Source: a virus
Virus record (IMG/VR): IMGVR_UViG_3300027861_000017
Coordinates: 1 to 64,000 of that record
DNA length: 64,000 bases
Strand: one strand, 5' to 3'
Shown here in pieces: positions 29,745 through 39,143 of the stretch. Both the position numbers and the translations under genes were made by a program. How positions within the stretch are numbered: position 1 is the stretch's first letter; each line of letters begins with the position of its first letter. Below the pieces are notes generated by a model that made no database searches, had not been told where the DNA came from, and saw only the letters and a list, made by a program, of their open reading frames with translations.

Positions 29745-30144
29745 TGTTACCCCTCTCTTCCACAGCCTCATCTAGCTCTTCCAAGATCTCAGGGATGGGG
29801 CGTTTGGTTTTATGTATACCCCTTAATCTATCATATATGTCATCGTTTGTCTCAGGCATACTATCATATAATTCCTTAAGATTATTGCTAAATGTATTTG
29901 TGGTTTTCTTTGGTGGAAAACTATTTTTGTGGACTTGGATTGTGAATTTATATATTTTTAGCATTAACCTAGGTGTTTTACGTAAACATGAATATGTAAA
30001 TACAAATGGCAGAAAGATCCAAAATAAAATATAACAATATGTTATTGGGCCTTCTGGATAGAAATCATCAGCATCCATTACCTCAACAGAAACCAAAGCC
30101 CATGCAAATAAATATAACACCAATGAAAATGCTAAAGTCTCCAT
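29737..30144 (-). CDS. Membrane protein with conserved C-terminal helix tag
   Basis: N-terminal TMs; IPEILEELDEAVEER. Confidence 0.75.
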   Translation of the reverse strand: METLAFSLVLYLFAWALVSVEVMDADDFYPEGPITYCYILFWIFLPFVFTYSCLRKTPRLMLKIYKFTIQVHKNSFPPKKTTNTFSNNLKELYDSMPETNDDIYDRLRGIHKTKRPIPEILEELDEAVEERGNND

Positions 30145-30692
30145 TACAGCTCCCTCCTATCTACTATACTCTCTACCCTATCTAGAAGAATAGGTAGTTC
30201 CTCTTCGGCCTTCGGGGAGGAGGGTGGGTTCATGTGAGAGGCTATCTCATCCCATATCGGGTCTTCGGTGGTAAACGGAGTGTTGTAGAGGTTGATCTTA
30301 TTGCAATATTTTTTGTAATTATTAAGATAATATTTAATAGTGAATATTATTCCTACCACCCAAATTATAAATGGTATAGGGGAAGAAGATTCGCAGGATA
30401 TTGCAACCATAGCTGCAAATGTTATCATAAAAGCAAGGATATTAAATACAACAAATGTATTGTCAACAATGTATGAACAACCATCACCCAATAATGAAGA
30501 TAATATATTATACCCCTTGTAATTAGGGCAATCGTTATTGCAGTTTAATTTAGTTCCATGGATACTAACCTTATTATATTGCACCCCAACTGAAGTTTTT
30601 CGTATCTTTACATTGCTATAATGACAGCATAGGCTACCACTGTATTCAGATTCATCGTAGTAGTAGCATTTATTGCAATATACGTCAGTCAT
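30144..30692 (-). CDS. Cys-module plus 2-TM protein with conserved C-terminal helix tag
   Basis: YCNKCYY...CCHYSN; TTEDPIWDEIASHM; LPILLDRVESIVDRR. Confidence 0.75.
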   Translation of the reverse strand: MTDVYCNKCYYYDESEYSGSLCCHYSNVKIRKTSVGVQYNKVSIHGTKLNCNNDCPNYKGYNILSSLLGDGCSYIVDNTFVVFNILAFMITFAAMVAISCESSSPIPFIIWVVGIIFTIKYYLNNYKKYCNKINLYNTPFTTEDPIWDEIASHMNPPSSPKAEEELPILLDRVESIVDRREL

Positions 30693-31225
30693 TACTCTTG
30701 TCTCCTATCTATCTCAATGTCTAGATCATCTAACATTTGAGGTATTTTATCTTTTTTGGGTTGCGGGTCGCTCATGTGTTGGGCTATATCATCCCAGATT
30801 GGGTCTTCAGTGGTGAAAAATTCAGTACTGTGTTGTCTTATTTTTTTATGATATTTAGCCTCAGAATTCATTAGACTAAAGAAAACAGATACTACAATTC
30901 CTATCCAAGTTAGGAGGGGTATAAAAGAGCCCAATCCACAAGTCATAGAAACAAAAAGAATTGATCCTGCAACCAGTAGAACGCTAAGAACCCCTATCAT
31001 GAAGTCTTGAGCTATAAAAGCTGCACCATCACCAAAAAAGGCTGAAAATATTGTACCCTTCTTATAGAGATCGCAACTATTATATCTATTTAATCCCTCA
31101 TATTCAATATCCAATGGCGTATATTCTATATCGATAGGTGTTTCTGTGATAACCACGTTTTTAAAATGTCTACACTCAGAATTATCACTTGAGTAATGAC
31201 AATCTTTACAATATACCTTAGTCAT
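30692..31225 (-). CDS. Cys-module plus 2-TM protein with conserved C-terminal helix tag
   Basis: YCKDCHY...CRHFKN; TTEDPIWDDIAQHM; IPQMLDDLDIEIDRR. Confidence 0.75.
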   Translation of the reverse strand: MTKVYCKDCHYSSDNSECRHFKNVVITETPIDIEYTPLDIEYEGLNRYNSCDLYKKGTIFSAFFGDGAAFIAQDFMIGVLSVLLVAGSILFVSMTCGLGSFIPLLTWIGIVVSVFFSLMNSEAKYHKKIRQHSTEFFTTEDPIWDDIAQHMSDPQPKKDKIPQMLDDLDIEIDRRQE

Positions 31226-31670
31226 TGTTATCTCTCCTATCTATCTCTGTATCTATCTTATCTAATAGATCAGGTATGATGTTTTTGGGTTGTTGCGGGT
31301 CGCTCATGTGTTGGGCTATTTCATCCCATATTGAGTCTTTGGTGGTCCAAAGTTTTGTCTTATCATCATGCATACTCCTTAGTTTAAATGCTATTGCTAT
31401 CCATATAGCAGCAAAAACTAGAATAGGCCATACAACTGAAATTACTGCTAGCAATATTAAATATATTAATGGTATTACACCTATAAAAAAGGCACAACAA
31501 TCACTGTCATTCTTATATCTAGCAAAACCCAAAGCTGTTAGGTAGTAAAGATCTTCTCTCTTAACCCACTTATTGGTCATGTAAATTGAATTCAATATCC
31601 AATGCGATAATAAAACTAATGGGATTGACCATAATATAAGTTTCATAATACTACAATATATGTCTAACAT
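31218..31670 (-). CDS. Membrane protein with conserved C-terminal helix tag
   Basis: TMs; TTKDSIWDEIAQHM; IPDLLDKIDTEIDRR. Confidence 0.75.
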   Translation of the reverse strand: MLDIYCSIMKLILWSIPLVLLSHWILNSIYMTNKWVKREDLYYLTALGFARYKNDSDCCAFFIGVIPLIYLILLAVISVVWPILVFAAIWIAIAFKLRSMHDDKTKLWTTKDSIWDEIAQHMSDPQQPKNIIPDLLDKIDTEIDRRDNND

Positions 31671-32020
31671 TATTCATCCCTCTCTTCTATAGCTTCATCT
31701 AACTCTGTTAGTTTAATACTGACTTTATCTTGTAGCTTAGTTAGTTTCTTTTTGTTGTTCTTAATCTTATTCCAGAATGATTCTTCGTCTGTGTCTATGG
31801 GAGTTCCATAGTCTATTGGTTCGGGTGGTTCGGGGTTCATTCTTTTAATTAATATATCAATATCATATGTAGTACAATGATTAAACCAAGCATCTTCTAT
31901 ACAAACCCAACGCTCATACCCATCAAAAGACTTCAAATTAAAATACAAATATCCTAAAAACCATTTCCTAATAGCATATTTCCCATCATTAAATCTAACA
32001 ATCTTCATCATCATCTCCAT
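31670..32020 (-). CDS. Hypothetical protein with conserved C-terminal helix tag
   Basis: VSIKLTELDEAIEER; exact start uncertain (MEMMMK). Confidence 0.65.
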   Translation of the reverse strand: MEMMMKIVRFNDGKYAIRKWFLGYLYFNLKSFDGYERWVCIEDAWFNHCTTYDIDILIKRMNPEPPEPIDYGTPIDTDEESFWNKIKNNKKKLTKLQDKVSIKLTELDEAIEERDE

Positions 32021-32058
32021 ATTGGGCCTGCCCCACACAGACCCAACACAATTAAGTA

Positions 32059-32223
32059 TCAATCCCTGGCTGCTATTATCTTCTCCAATTCTTCAAACAA
32101 ATCCTTTGACTTTCTTCTAAGTGGACTCTTAGCATTCCTTACACTCTTAAAGAAAGAAGATATAACCCCTGTACGTTTATTAACATAATAAAGTATCCCA
32201 CCTATTACAATAAGATAGAACAT
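32059..32223 (-). CDS. 54-aa single-TM protein with C-terminal helix tag (not in the ORF track)
   Basis: Hand translation: MFYLIVIGGILYYVNKRTGVISSFFKSVRNAKSPLRRKSKDLFEELEKIIAARD. Confidence 0.65.
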   Translation of the reverse strand: MFYLIVIGGILYYVNKRTGVISSFFKSVRNAKSPLRRKSKDLFEELEKIIAARD

Positions 32224-32224
32224 G

Positions 32225-32458
32225 TTACACCTCTACGTCTAGGATATTAGTATCAAGAAGCTTCTCATAATTAGCTACGAACTTGTCATAGATAGACTTA
32301 GCTTTGTTGATCTCAACTATCCTTGATTGGAGTAGAGCTATGACCTTCTCTTTTTTCTCACCAACCAGCTTTGTTCTGGCTTCTGCTTCGAGTGATCTTA
32401 CTGTTGCTGCCATTTCATCGAAACTACCTACTGTATCCCTTACTGTTCCTTCTGTCAT
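32225..32458 (-). CDS. Small coiled-coil protein embedded in the tagged-gene array
   Basis: All-helical 77 aa ORF with GAAGGGAG RBS. Confidence 0.6.
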   Translation of the reverse strand: MTEGTVRDTVGSFDEMAATVRSLEAEARTKLVGEKKEKVIALLQSRIVEINKAKSIYDKFVANYEKLLDTNILDVEV

Positions 32459-32459
32459 G

Positions 32460-32765
32460 TTAATTCTCCCTTCCTTCTAGTTTAAGGTTAATGTTATCCA
32501 AATCATCCTCTATGGAGTTATTGGGGTTATCTTTGTTGTCGTTCTTAACTCTCTCATCTATTATTTCATGCATGGCATATTCTATTCCATTGCACAAATG
32601 CAATTCTGCGTATTTATAATCAGTTTCAGGATGAGTATGAAAATAAGGGCATTCATCATTGCAATAGCCACCCCAGTCAGGATTAAGGCAAGCTTGCCTC
32701 TTGAAATAACTGCCCCTTTTAAAATATAACCAGCCTCCTTCATCTATCTTACATCTATGTGGCAT
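32460..32765 (-). CDS. Cys-containing protein with C-terminal helix tag
   Basis: CLNP...YCNDECPYF; IEDDLDNINLKLEGR. Confidence 0.65.
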   Translation of the reverse strand: MPHRCKIDEGGWLYFKRGSYFKRQACLNPDWGGYCNDECPYFHTHPETDYKYAELHLCNGIEYAMHEIIDERVKNDNKDNPNNSIEDDLDNINLKLEGREN

Positions 32766-32766
32766 T

Positions 32767-33003
32767 CTATCCCCTCCCTTCTACCTTCTTATCTACTATA
32801 TCTAAAGCTTCTTGTATTGTCAAGTTGTCTATGTGGTTTTTTATAGCTTGTTTATTGGTTATGGATTTATATGGTGGACGTTTAGACATTTCACATTCTT
32901 TAATGTAAATATCTTCATTAATACAAATGTAAATTGTATGCATTATTGCATAACCAATCAATAAACCTTCTGCAAATATCAATAACATGTCTAACTTTGT
33001 CAT
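32767..33003 (-). CDS. Single-TM protein with C-terminal helix tag
   Basis: N-terminal TM; IQEALDIVDKKVEGR. Confidence 0.65.
   Translation of the reverse strand: MTKLDMLLIFAEGLLIGYAIMHTIYICINEDIYIKECEMSKRPPYKSITNKQAIKNHIDNLTIQEALDIVDKKVEGRG
32797..32830 (-). repeat. 34-nt exact direct repeat, copy 1, overlapping a sigma70-like promoter
   Basis: Identical to 34025..34058; the minus strand reads TTGACA-17 nt-TATAGT. Confidence 0.8.
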
Positions 33004-33201
33004 TCCCCCACCTTCTTCCACACAGTACAAAGAGGGAAGATCTTACCATCGCCACCGAACCCAGAACGCTCAAGCATCATACATACTATCCTGGCTTCAT
33101 GGAGTGTATCATGGTAATCCCTGGTTTCTGAGAATCCATATTCATCTTTAACATTTGAGTCTTCTGGCCATAATGCTATTGATATATATTCCTTAGTCAT
33201 A

Positions 33202-33984
33202 TTATTCCCCCACCTTCTCTACTATCTTTCTAAATAAAGGCTCTGCCTCAAAGATGTTATTCATCATACTAGGGTTGTCTATGTTTGTAAAGAAGTATTT
33301 TAATTGGTCTATGTATATTTGGTCTATCACTTTTATATGGGTGGTGATTCCGGCTACCCTCAATAATCTAAGCTCTTGTGAGGAGGCTAAATCTAGCTCT
33401 ACATGAGTTGAAGTAGAATCTTCATGGGTCAGTGTGTATTTGCCGTGTTTGTCGAAGGTGGAGCCATCTATGGATTGTATGGGGCCAAATAGGTATTGAG
33501 TGTAATCCAATTCGTGGGATAATTCAAAAAGGACGTGATCTAGTTCTCTTTGGGAGGGCCAATTGTTAGAATTGGTTTTACAGACAATTTCTCTGCGTGA
33601 TGTTTCTTTTCCTGTTAGATGGGATTTGAGGTGGGTTATTACGTGGTTAAATCTAAGACAATATCCTATGTAGGTGATAACGCCTTCATCTTTAACTAAT
33701 TTCAATAATATATCTAAGTTTTTATCACTGACATCAACCGGCTTCTCTATAAAAAGCCTCTTTATACCTCTTTCGATACAGTATATGGCTGCCTCGATGT
33801 GTTTGTCTGAGGGGTAGCATATAAATGCGGCATCGAAGTGGGATAAGTCCACATTACTGTTGCCTTTTATATCTAGCTCCTTGACATCGTATAAACGGTG
33901 GTCATAGTTCTTCTGGATTAAACTCCAGTGTTTATTACCTATGCTGCCAAGACCGAAAAACAATATTTGCAAACTGTCATCCAT
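33202..33984 (-). CDS. Gfo/Idh/MocA-family oxidoreductase (PtmF/ElaA-like)
   Basis: GLGSIGNKH, FIEKP, GYCLRF, VLFELSHELDY. Confidence 0.85.
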   Translation of the reverse strand: MDDSLQILFFGLGSIGNKHWSLIQKNYDHRLYDVKELDIKGNSNVDLSHFDAAFICYPSDKHIEAAIYCIERGIKRLFIEKPVDVSDKNLDILLKLVKDEGVITYIGYCLRFNHVITHLKSHLTGKETSRREIVCKTNSNNWPSQRELDHVLFELSHELDYTQYLFGPIQSIDGSTFDKHGKYTLTHEDSTSTHVELDLASSQELRLLRVAGITTHIKVIDQIYIDQLKYFFTNIDNPSMMNNIFEAEPLFRKIVEKVGE

Positions 33985-34333
33985 TGGTTGTTATGTCCTC
34001 CCTTTGTTTTACCTTATTGTCTAATATATCTAAAGCTTCTTGTATTGTCAAGTTGTCTTTGTAGTTTTGGATTGTTTGTTTTTGGGAGGGTGGTTGTGTT
34101 GCTGGATTGATGTAATAATTAACCCTTCCGGTTGGGTGTCTTGGTGGTGGGTTGTTAGTTCTACCACTAATGAAAAAACACCCACATAACATTGAGAGTG
34201 GGGCTGAAGACAAAGATAGGGAAGTTATCAAAGCATACCAAGCAGGCTCCCATATATTACAAAGCGCAGTATAAGAAAATACAAATGTGAAAAGAGAAAT
34301 AGAACAAAGTACAATTACATCTTCTTTATTCAT
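33977..34333 (-). CDS. 2-TM protein with C-terminal helix tag
   Basis: TM pair; IQEALDILDNKVKQR. Confidence 0.65.
   Translation of the reverse strand: MNKEDVIVLCSISLFTFVFSYTALCNIWEPAWYALITSLSLSSAPLSMLCGCFFISGRTNNPPPRHPTGRVNYYINPATQPPSQKQTIQNYKDNLTIQEALDILDNKVKQREDITTNG
34025..34058 (-). repeat. 34-nt exact direct repeat, copy 2, overlapping a sigma70-like promoter
   Basis: Minus strand reads TTGACA-17 nt-TATATT, upstream of the oxidoreductase gene. Confidence 0.8.
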
Positions 34334-34528
34334 CTTTTATAATCTCCCATCCTATATATGGTCCTACCGTGATTGGGGTTTCTGCTTCCATATCATTATC
34401 CCATTCGGCGAAATAGTCTAACTCAAAATCATTAAACGCTTCGTTAGCTATATCTACTAATGAATCATCTGGGTATTTGTAGCTTTCGTTTAAGATGTAT
34501 TGGATAGCTCTTCTGGTGTTATTATCCA

Positions 34529-34726
34529 TTAGCAACCTCCACTACCACAAGATCTTGCAGGTGATCCATGACCACATCCACCACTACCACAACCCACTGT
34601 AGATGATTCAGTGTCTCTCTTTATGACATACTTCTCTTTCTTAGTCTTTTTAGCGTTTCCCTCTAGAGCATCCAACCTCTCCGTAATCCTTTGCAATGCC
34701 TCTGCTATTTCTTCTAATACTCCCAT
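34529..34726 (-). CDS. 65-aa peptide with helical N-terminus and Gly/Cys/Ser-rich tail (possible RiPP precursor)
   Basis: ...SSTVGCGSGGCGHGSPARSCGSGGC; directly downstream of the radical SAM gene. Confidence 0.6.
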   Translation of the reverse strand: MGVLEEIAEALQRITERLDALEGNAKKTKKEKYVIKRDTESSTVGCGSGGCGHGSPARSCGSGGC

Positions 34727-34728
34727 CT

Positions 34729-35559
34729 TTACCCCTCCGTATGTAATATTATATTTTTACCCCAATCGGCAGACAATGTTCCATCAGGATGAAATACACA
34801 TTCATAAACTAAATCTAATCCTTCTGAAGGTTCTGGTATAGATGCCTTCCATGTAACTGGCATGCCATCTATTATCATCGTAGATGACCTACAAACTGGG
34901 CATCTATTCTCAGAAATAACCTTATAGTCCTTGAACCAAAGCTCCTCATCTTGAGGCTCCAATGAGCAATCATCGTAATGCTGATGCCTAAAACATACAC
35001 TTGATATGCTAGTATATTTACAAGACTCAATATGGTCTTCTATATCAGATTTATCTTGGAATTGTCCAACTAAAACACAATTAGCATTAACCTTTATCCC
35101 ATTTTTATTGAAAAAGGTTGTAATATCCATTAAATCTTCTGTATTTAATATAGGAGACATAATATCAAAACATTTTGCATCTTCATAGCTAATGAATGAA
35201 TGTTTACTGATATTGATATAATCTATAACAATAAGATCTGGCCTCATTAAGCCATCTATGAAATTCTGTAAATGATATCCATTTGTAGTTAAAACAATTT
35301 TTCGGAACTTGTCTCTATATTTCAGTAGCATCTTTAAAACATATGATAGATATGTCGAAGCAGTAGGCTCTCCACCAGTTAAGCTTATCTGATAAAATTG
35401 GTCCGGCAATGATGATAATACCTCCTCCAATCTAGACATGTATGCTTCAAATGGCAATTCATAGGATCTCTCCCAGAAACAAAATCCACAATTGGCGTTG
35501 CAGGGTCCAGGGAGGATAATACTGAAGTTGGGATCTTCTATTGTTAGAATTTCGTCCAC
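34729..35559 (-). CDS. Radical SAM enzyme
   Basis: CNANCGFC (CxxxCxxC), SLTGGEP, LTTNG; GAGGAGG RBS before GTG 35559. Confidence 0.9.
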   Translation of the reverse strand: MDEILTIEDPNFSIILPGPCNANCGFCFWERSYELPFEAYMSRLEEVLSSLPDQFYQISLTGGEPTASTYLSYVLKMLLKYRDKFRKIVLTTNGYHLQNFIDGLMRPDLIVIDYINISKHSFISYEDAKCFDIMSPILNTEDLMDITTFFNKNGIKVNANCVLVGQFQDKSDIEDHIESCKYTSISSVCFRHQHYDDCSLEPQDEELWFKDYKVISENRCPVCRSSTMIIDGMPVTWKASIPEPSEGLDLVYECVFHPDGTLSADWGKNIILHTEG

Positions 35560-36086
35560 AAAACCTCCTCGACTGCATCGCATATTTGGCCCATGCAATT
35601 CCTCACAATAGCTTCCTCAAGTGCCCTTCTACCTTCAGGAGTTAATCTGTATATAACATCATCACCCATCCAGGATGGTGGAGTCTCTTTTGAAGCGTAT
35701 CCAGCTAAGACTAATTTCTCGAATCCAACTGAGTCTTCACAATCAAAGCTAGTACCAAACCAATTTCTGTCTGGACCGCTTATAGTGTGTTCCATTAAGC
35801 TTCTTTGGAAATTAGTGATTTTCATTAATCATCCTCCCACCATTTACTATTGGGTAAACCTTTAATGCGATGCTCGACTTCTCCCCAACCTATACACCCA
35901 TCCATGCCATCACCTATACCCTCACCGTAAATTTCTATTCCACCAACTGCATTCATAATATCAGCATCTGGATCACCTATACGAACCGATAAATAACCCC
36001 AACGATATCTAACATAAACAGGTCTATTCTCAAATGTTCTAAATTCCCATTGAGTGGGACAAGCACCACAAGTTTGTATTAATTCA

Positions 36087-36482
36087 TCAATTTTCATATA
36101 TATGCCCCACTACCTCTAAATCGTTAGTTTGATTACCAAAATATTCTATTTGGTTATGACCTGAGAATGGTACAAATATCCTCCATTCCTTATCTTTATT
36201 GACCCAATAGCCAAAAGCTCCTAGATGTTTTTCTACTTCGATTATCCAGTGGCTAAATCTTAGCTTATCACCTTGATATATTTTGTTACCGTTTTTATCA
36301 ATGATATCAATGAATTGCATAATTTCAGCTACGGCGGGGTAATAACCACCGTATTCATCTAGGCTTTCCTCTAATACAATAACTTTACCGTCCTCGATAG
36401 TTAATATAAAGTGGTCGTCATTGTAATCCCCATCTATCATCTCTTCGCCAGCCCACGCTCTAAATTCATTATCATCCATCAT
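36087..36482 (-). CDS. YopX-family protein
   Basis: FRAW, IMQFIDIIDKNGNKIYQGD, LEVVGHIYEN. Confidence 0.75.
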   Translation of the reverse strand: MMDDNEFRAWAGEEMIDGDYNDDHFILTIEDGKVIVLEESLDEYGGYYPAVAEIMQFIDIIDKNGNKIYQGDKLRFSHWIIEVEKHLGAFGYWVNKDKEWRIFVPFSGHNQIEYFGNQTNDLEVVGHIYEN

Positions 36483-37764
36483 CCCCTCCACTACGCTATG
36501 TCATCATCGTTGTCCAATTCCAACAGATTTTCAAAAAACGGAGTTAATTTTTTAAAAAGTTTATATATTGCCTCAGATTTATTCATAGCACTGATTATAC
36601 ATTCGTGGCCAGCTTGACCTTCTGACAGTCTTTCCATTTCATAAAATATGTCATCAGTTAATTCATCTAGATCTATTTTGTATTTAGTATAACTCATTGA
36701 TCTCCTCCCTTAACTATGGTCCTATATTGTATATGGCATCTAAGTAGTCTATCTATGTGCATCCTATCTGAACAATAATGAACATCATCATAGAAGTCCT
36801 CCACAGATGTTTCTATATGAAGAAGCTTGTAATTAAAGCCCCCTTCCCCCATATTAACAAAGTCTGCTATAGCTGCACTGTCCCATCCCATATCAATAAG
36901 ATACCTTCTTAAATACAACTCCCATAATCTTATAAAGTCAGGATCTGCTTTAGAAGCCCATGAAATAACCTCATCTATGAAATCAGATCTACTTTTCTCT
37001 TCGGCTCTTCTTTGATAGTAATATTCTATCGTTTCATAGTTTTCTGGCTTATCACCTTCTATAGCTTCTATCATGCATTCTTCACATACTTCCTCATCAC
37101 CCTTACGAATGAACTCAGCTTCATCTTCACCGCACCATTCACACTTACTCATCACTATTCCCCTTAGTTAAAAACCTTTCACCCCATACACCAGCAAATA
37201 TACCCCATGTGAAATAGAAAGCTGGCCATAACTCTACCTCAGTTCCTCTATCTATAAACCATGCTAGAAACAAAGATCCGAAAATTATTGATAGTCCTAT
37301 GATACTATTCTTCATCATGTTTTCCCCTAAAAGCCCCAATAATCAGATTCTAAAACTATATCCTTGGGACCAAGCGGTTGTGTTGTTTTATATGAATTAG
37401 TGTTAACTATAATTCTATCCCATTTATTACATTCCATATTGGAAATTAATATTCTGTCATCTGGATCATTTTTAGCTTTTACTTCTTCAAGTGTTAAGAC
37501 TTCACCACCTAAATAATACATACCACTCCTTTCTGTCTCCTTGCTATCAAGCTCGTAATCCTCTCTGGCCCTAGTAGAAAAACGAAAACCATAAGGTAAG
37601 GCTCCGTATCTCTCTTTAATGTTTTTAGACATCTCAATAGCGGTGTCGATGTTCCAAGACTCGATTGGTTTCGTGGTTTCTTCGGATACAAAAGAACCTG
37701 GGCTTAAAAATGTTACAAAATGTTTTTCCATGTTAATCTCCTAAAGTATAATATTATCAATAAG

Positions 37765-37846
37765 TTGGAGCGGAGGGATTTGAACCCTCAATCCTTTCGG
37801 CGCAGAGGCTTAAACCCTGCGTGTATACCAGTTCCACCACGCTCCA
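37765..37846 (-). tRNA. tRNA-Leu(TAA), CCA not encoded
   Basis: Acceptor UGGAGCG/CGCUCCA, D-loop GG, anticodon stem CAGGG/CUCUG with loop UU-UAA-GC, long variable arm, GAGGG-UUCAAAU-CCCUC, A discriminator. Confidence 0.9.
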
Positions 37847-38850
37847 TTATTTATTTCCAGTTATCTAGTTTAGAAATTACCGTGCTTATAAACCAAGGTA
37901 CTTGAGTTAAGACTAGAAGAAAACCCATTAAAAAATCCACCTCTACCATTAGTATGCCATTCAAAGGCATAACCACAAAAACTACAAGAGCTGCATAATA
38001 GGGGCTTTTCATAAAATTAAACATAGTATCCTCCTAAAGTGTTATCAAATTTCATCTATATTTTTTAAGCTCTCCATTGAAATATTCAGCCATTTCTTTA
38101 GTAAATCTTTCATTAGATGTATATAAATCAATCATTTTAATTAATTTAATACGATCATCATAATCTAATACTCTAGCTATAGCATCTAAATCTATATCAA
38201 TCTCTATTTTCATTATTCAACTCCCCTCTACGACAGAATCGTAGAACTCTAACATATCTCTAACCAAAACTTTTTTCCAATTATTGAAGATCTTACTAGT
38301 ACCATCACCCATATTGAACATCTTCCTAAGAGGCAATACCACGGAGTCGTCTTCTCTGAATTCTGGTCTACAAGGCCTGTCAATATAAGCATTACGCTTT
38401 TTATAACAAGCTCGAAACCACCTATCCTTGAACTCGTATTGCTTATCCATCCAACGCCATTCTGGATGTTCAGCCACAACATCTCTATTTAACACACAGA
38501 AAGAGACATTAGACCAATTACACAGCTCTCCAGTATCTATACTTTCTAACACATGGATAGTATCGAAACTATCATTCCTGGGTATCTTTTCTATGTACCA
38601 TGATAAATACCATTCTGAAGCGGGTGCAGATTGTAATGATACTAGATCTCCTACCTTCGGATCTTCTAAGGGCAAGAAAGCATTTTCGCCTAACCCACCT
38701 TGATTGTTTCCAATGCCATAATTACGAGATAAGCAAAATCTAGTTATGTAAGATAATATATCTATTTTAGCTCTGGTTTTAATCATCTCCATACTCCTAA
38801 AGTGTTATAAAGTCTCATTATTAAACTATCTCCTCCAATACAATAAAAAC

Positions 38851-38879
38851 ATTCTCCCATATGATCATATCATTGTCAA
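38851..38879 (-). promoter_or_regulatory. sigma70-type promoter
   Basis: TTGACA-17-GAGAAT with extended TG. Confidence 0.55.
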
Positions 38880-39114
38880 GCTAATAACAATCACAAATCA
38901 TTTTCATGTACAAGTCTCCTGGTGTAGACAAATCTATCTTCAAAGCCATTGGCATAAACTACTATAATACCGGTTGAATCTTCCTTAAAGGTAGCATCAT
39001 CTAACATTTCTATTATCTCTTCTAGGGTGTAATCTTCCATTAGAGATCTAGTTATATCCAATCTATCATCTTCACTTATTTCATACATTGTTATCCTCCT
39101 TGAGTTTTCATCTT

Positions 39115-39143
39115 AATTTATCACGACAAATAATTGCTGTCAA
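39115..39143 (-). promoter_or_regulatory. sigma70-type promoter
   Basis: TTGACA-17-TAAATT with extended TG; leader nearly identical to the one at 39966. Confidence 0.75.

Noticed and set aside
29235-34058. CRISPR array or DGR template/variable repeats
   Set aside because: The repeats are coding, irregularly spaced and not adenine-specific in their differences; no cas or reverse transcriptase gene is in the window.
37765-37846. tRNA read as an ochre suppressor (shifted UUA anticodon)
   Set aside because: The canonical 5-bp stem and 7-nt loop give UAA (Leu); the shifted register needs mismatches or a bulge.
38783-38818. Mini-ORF MRLYNTLGVWR resembling a CysRS N-terminus
   Set aside because: It is only 11 codons and is explained by the repeated AACACTTTAGGAG leader; probably coincidence.
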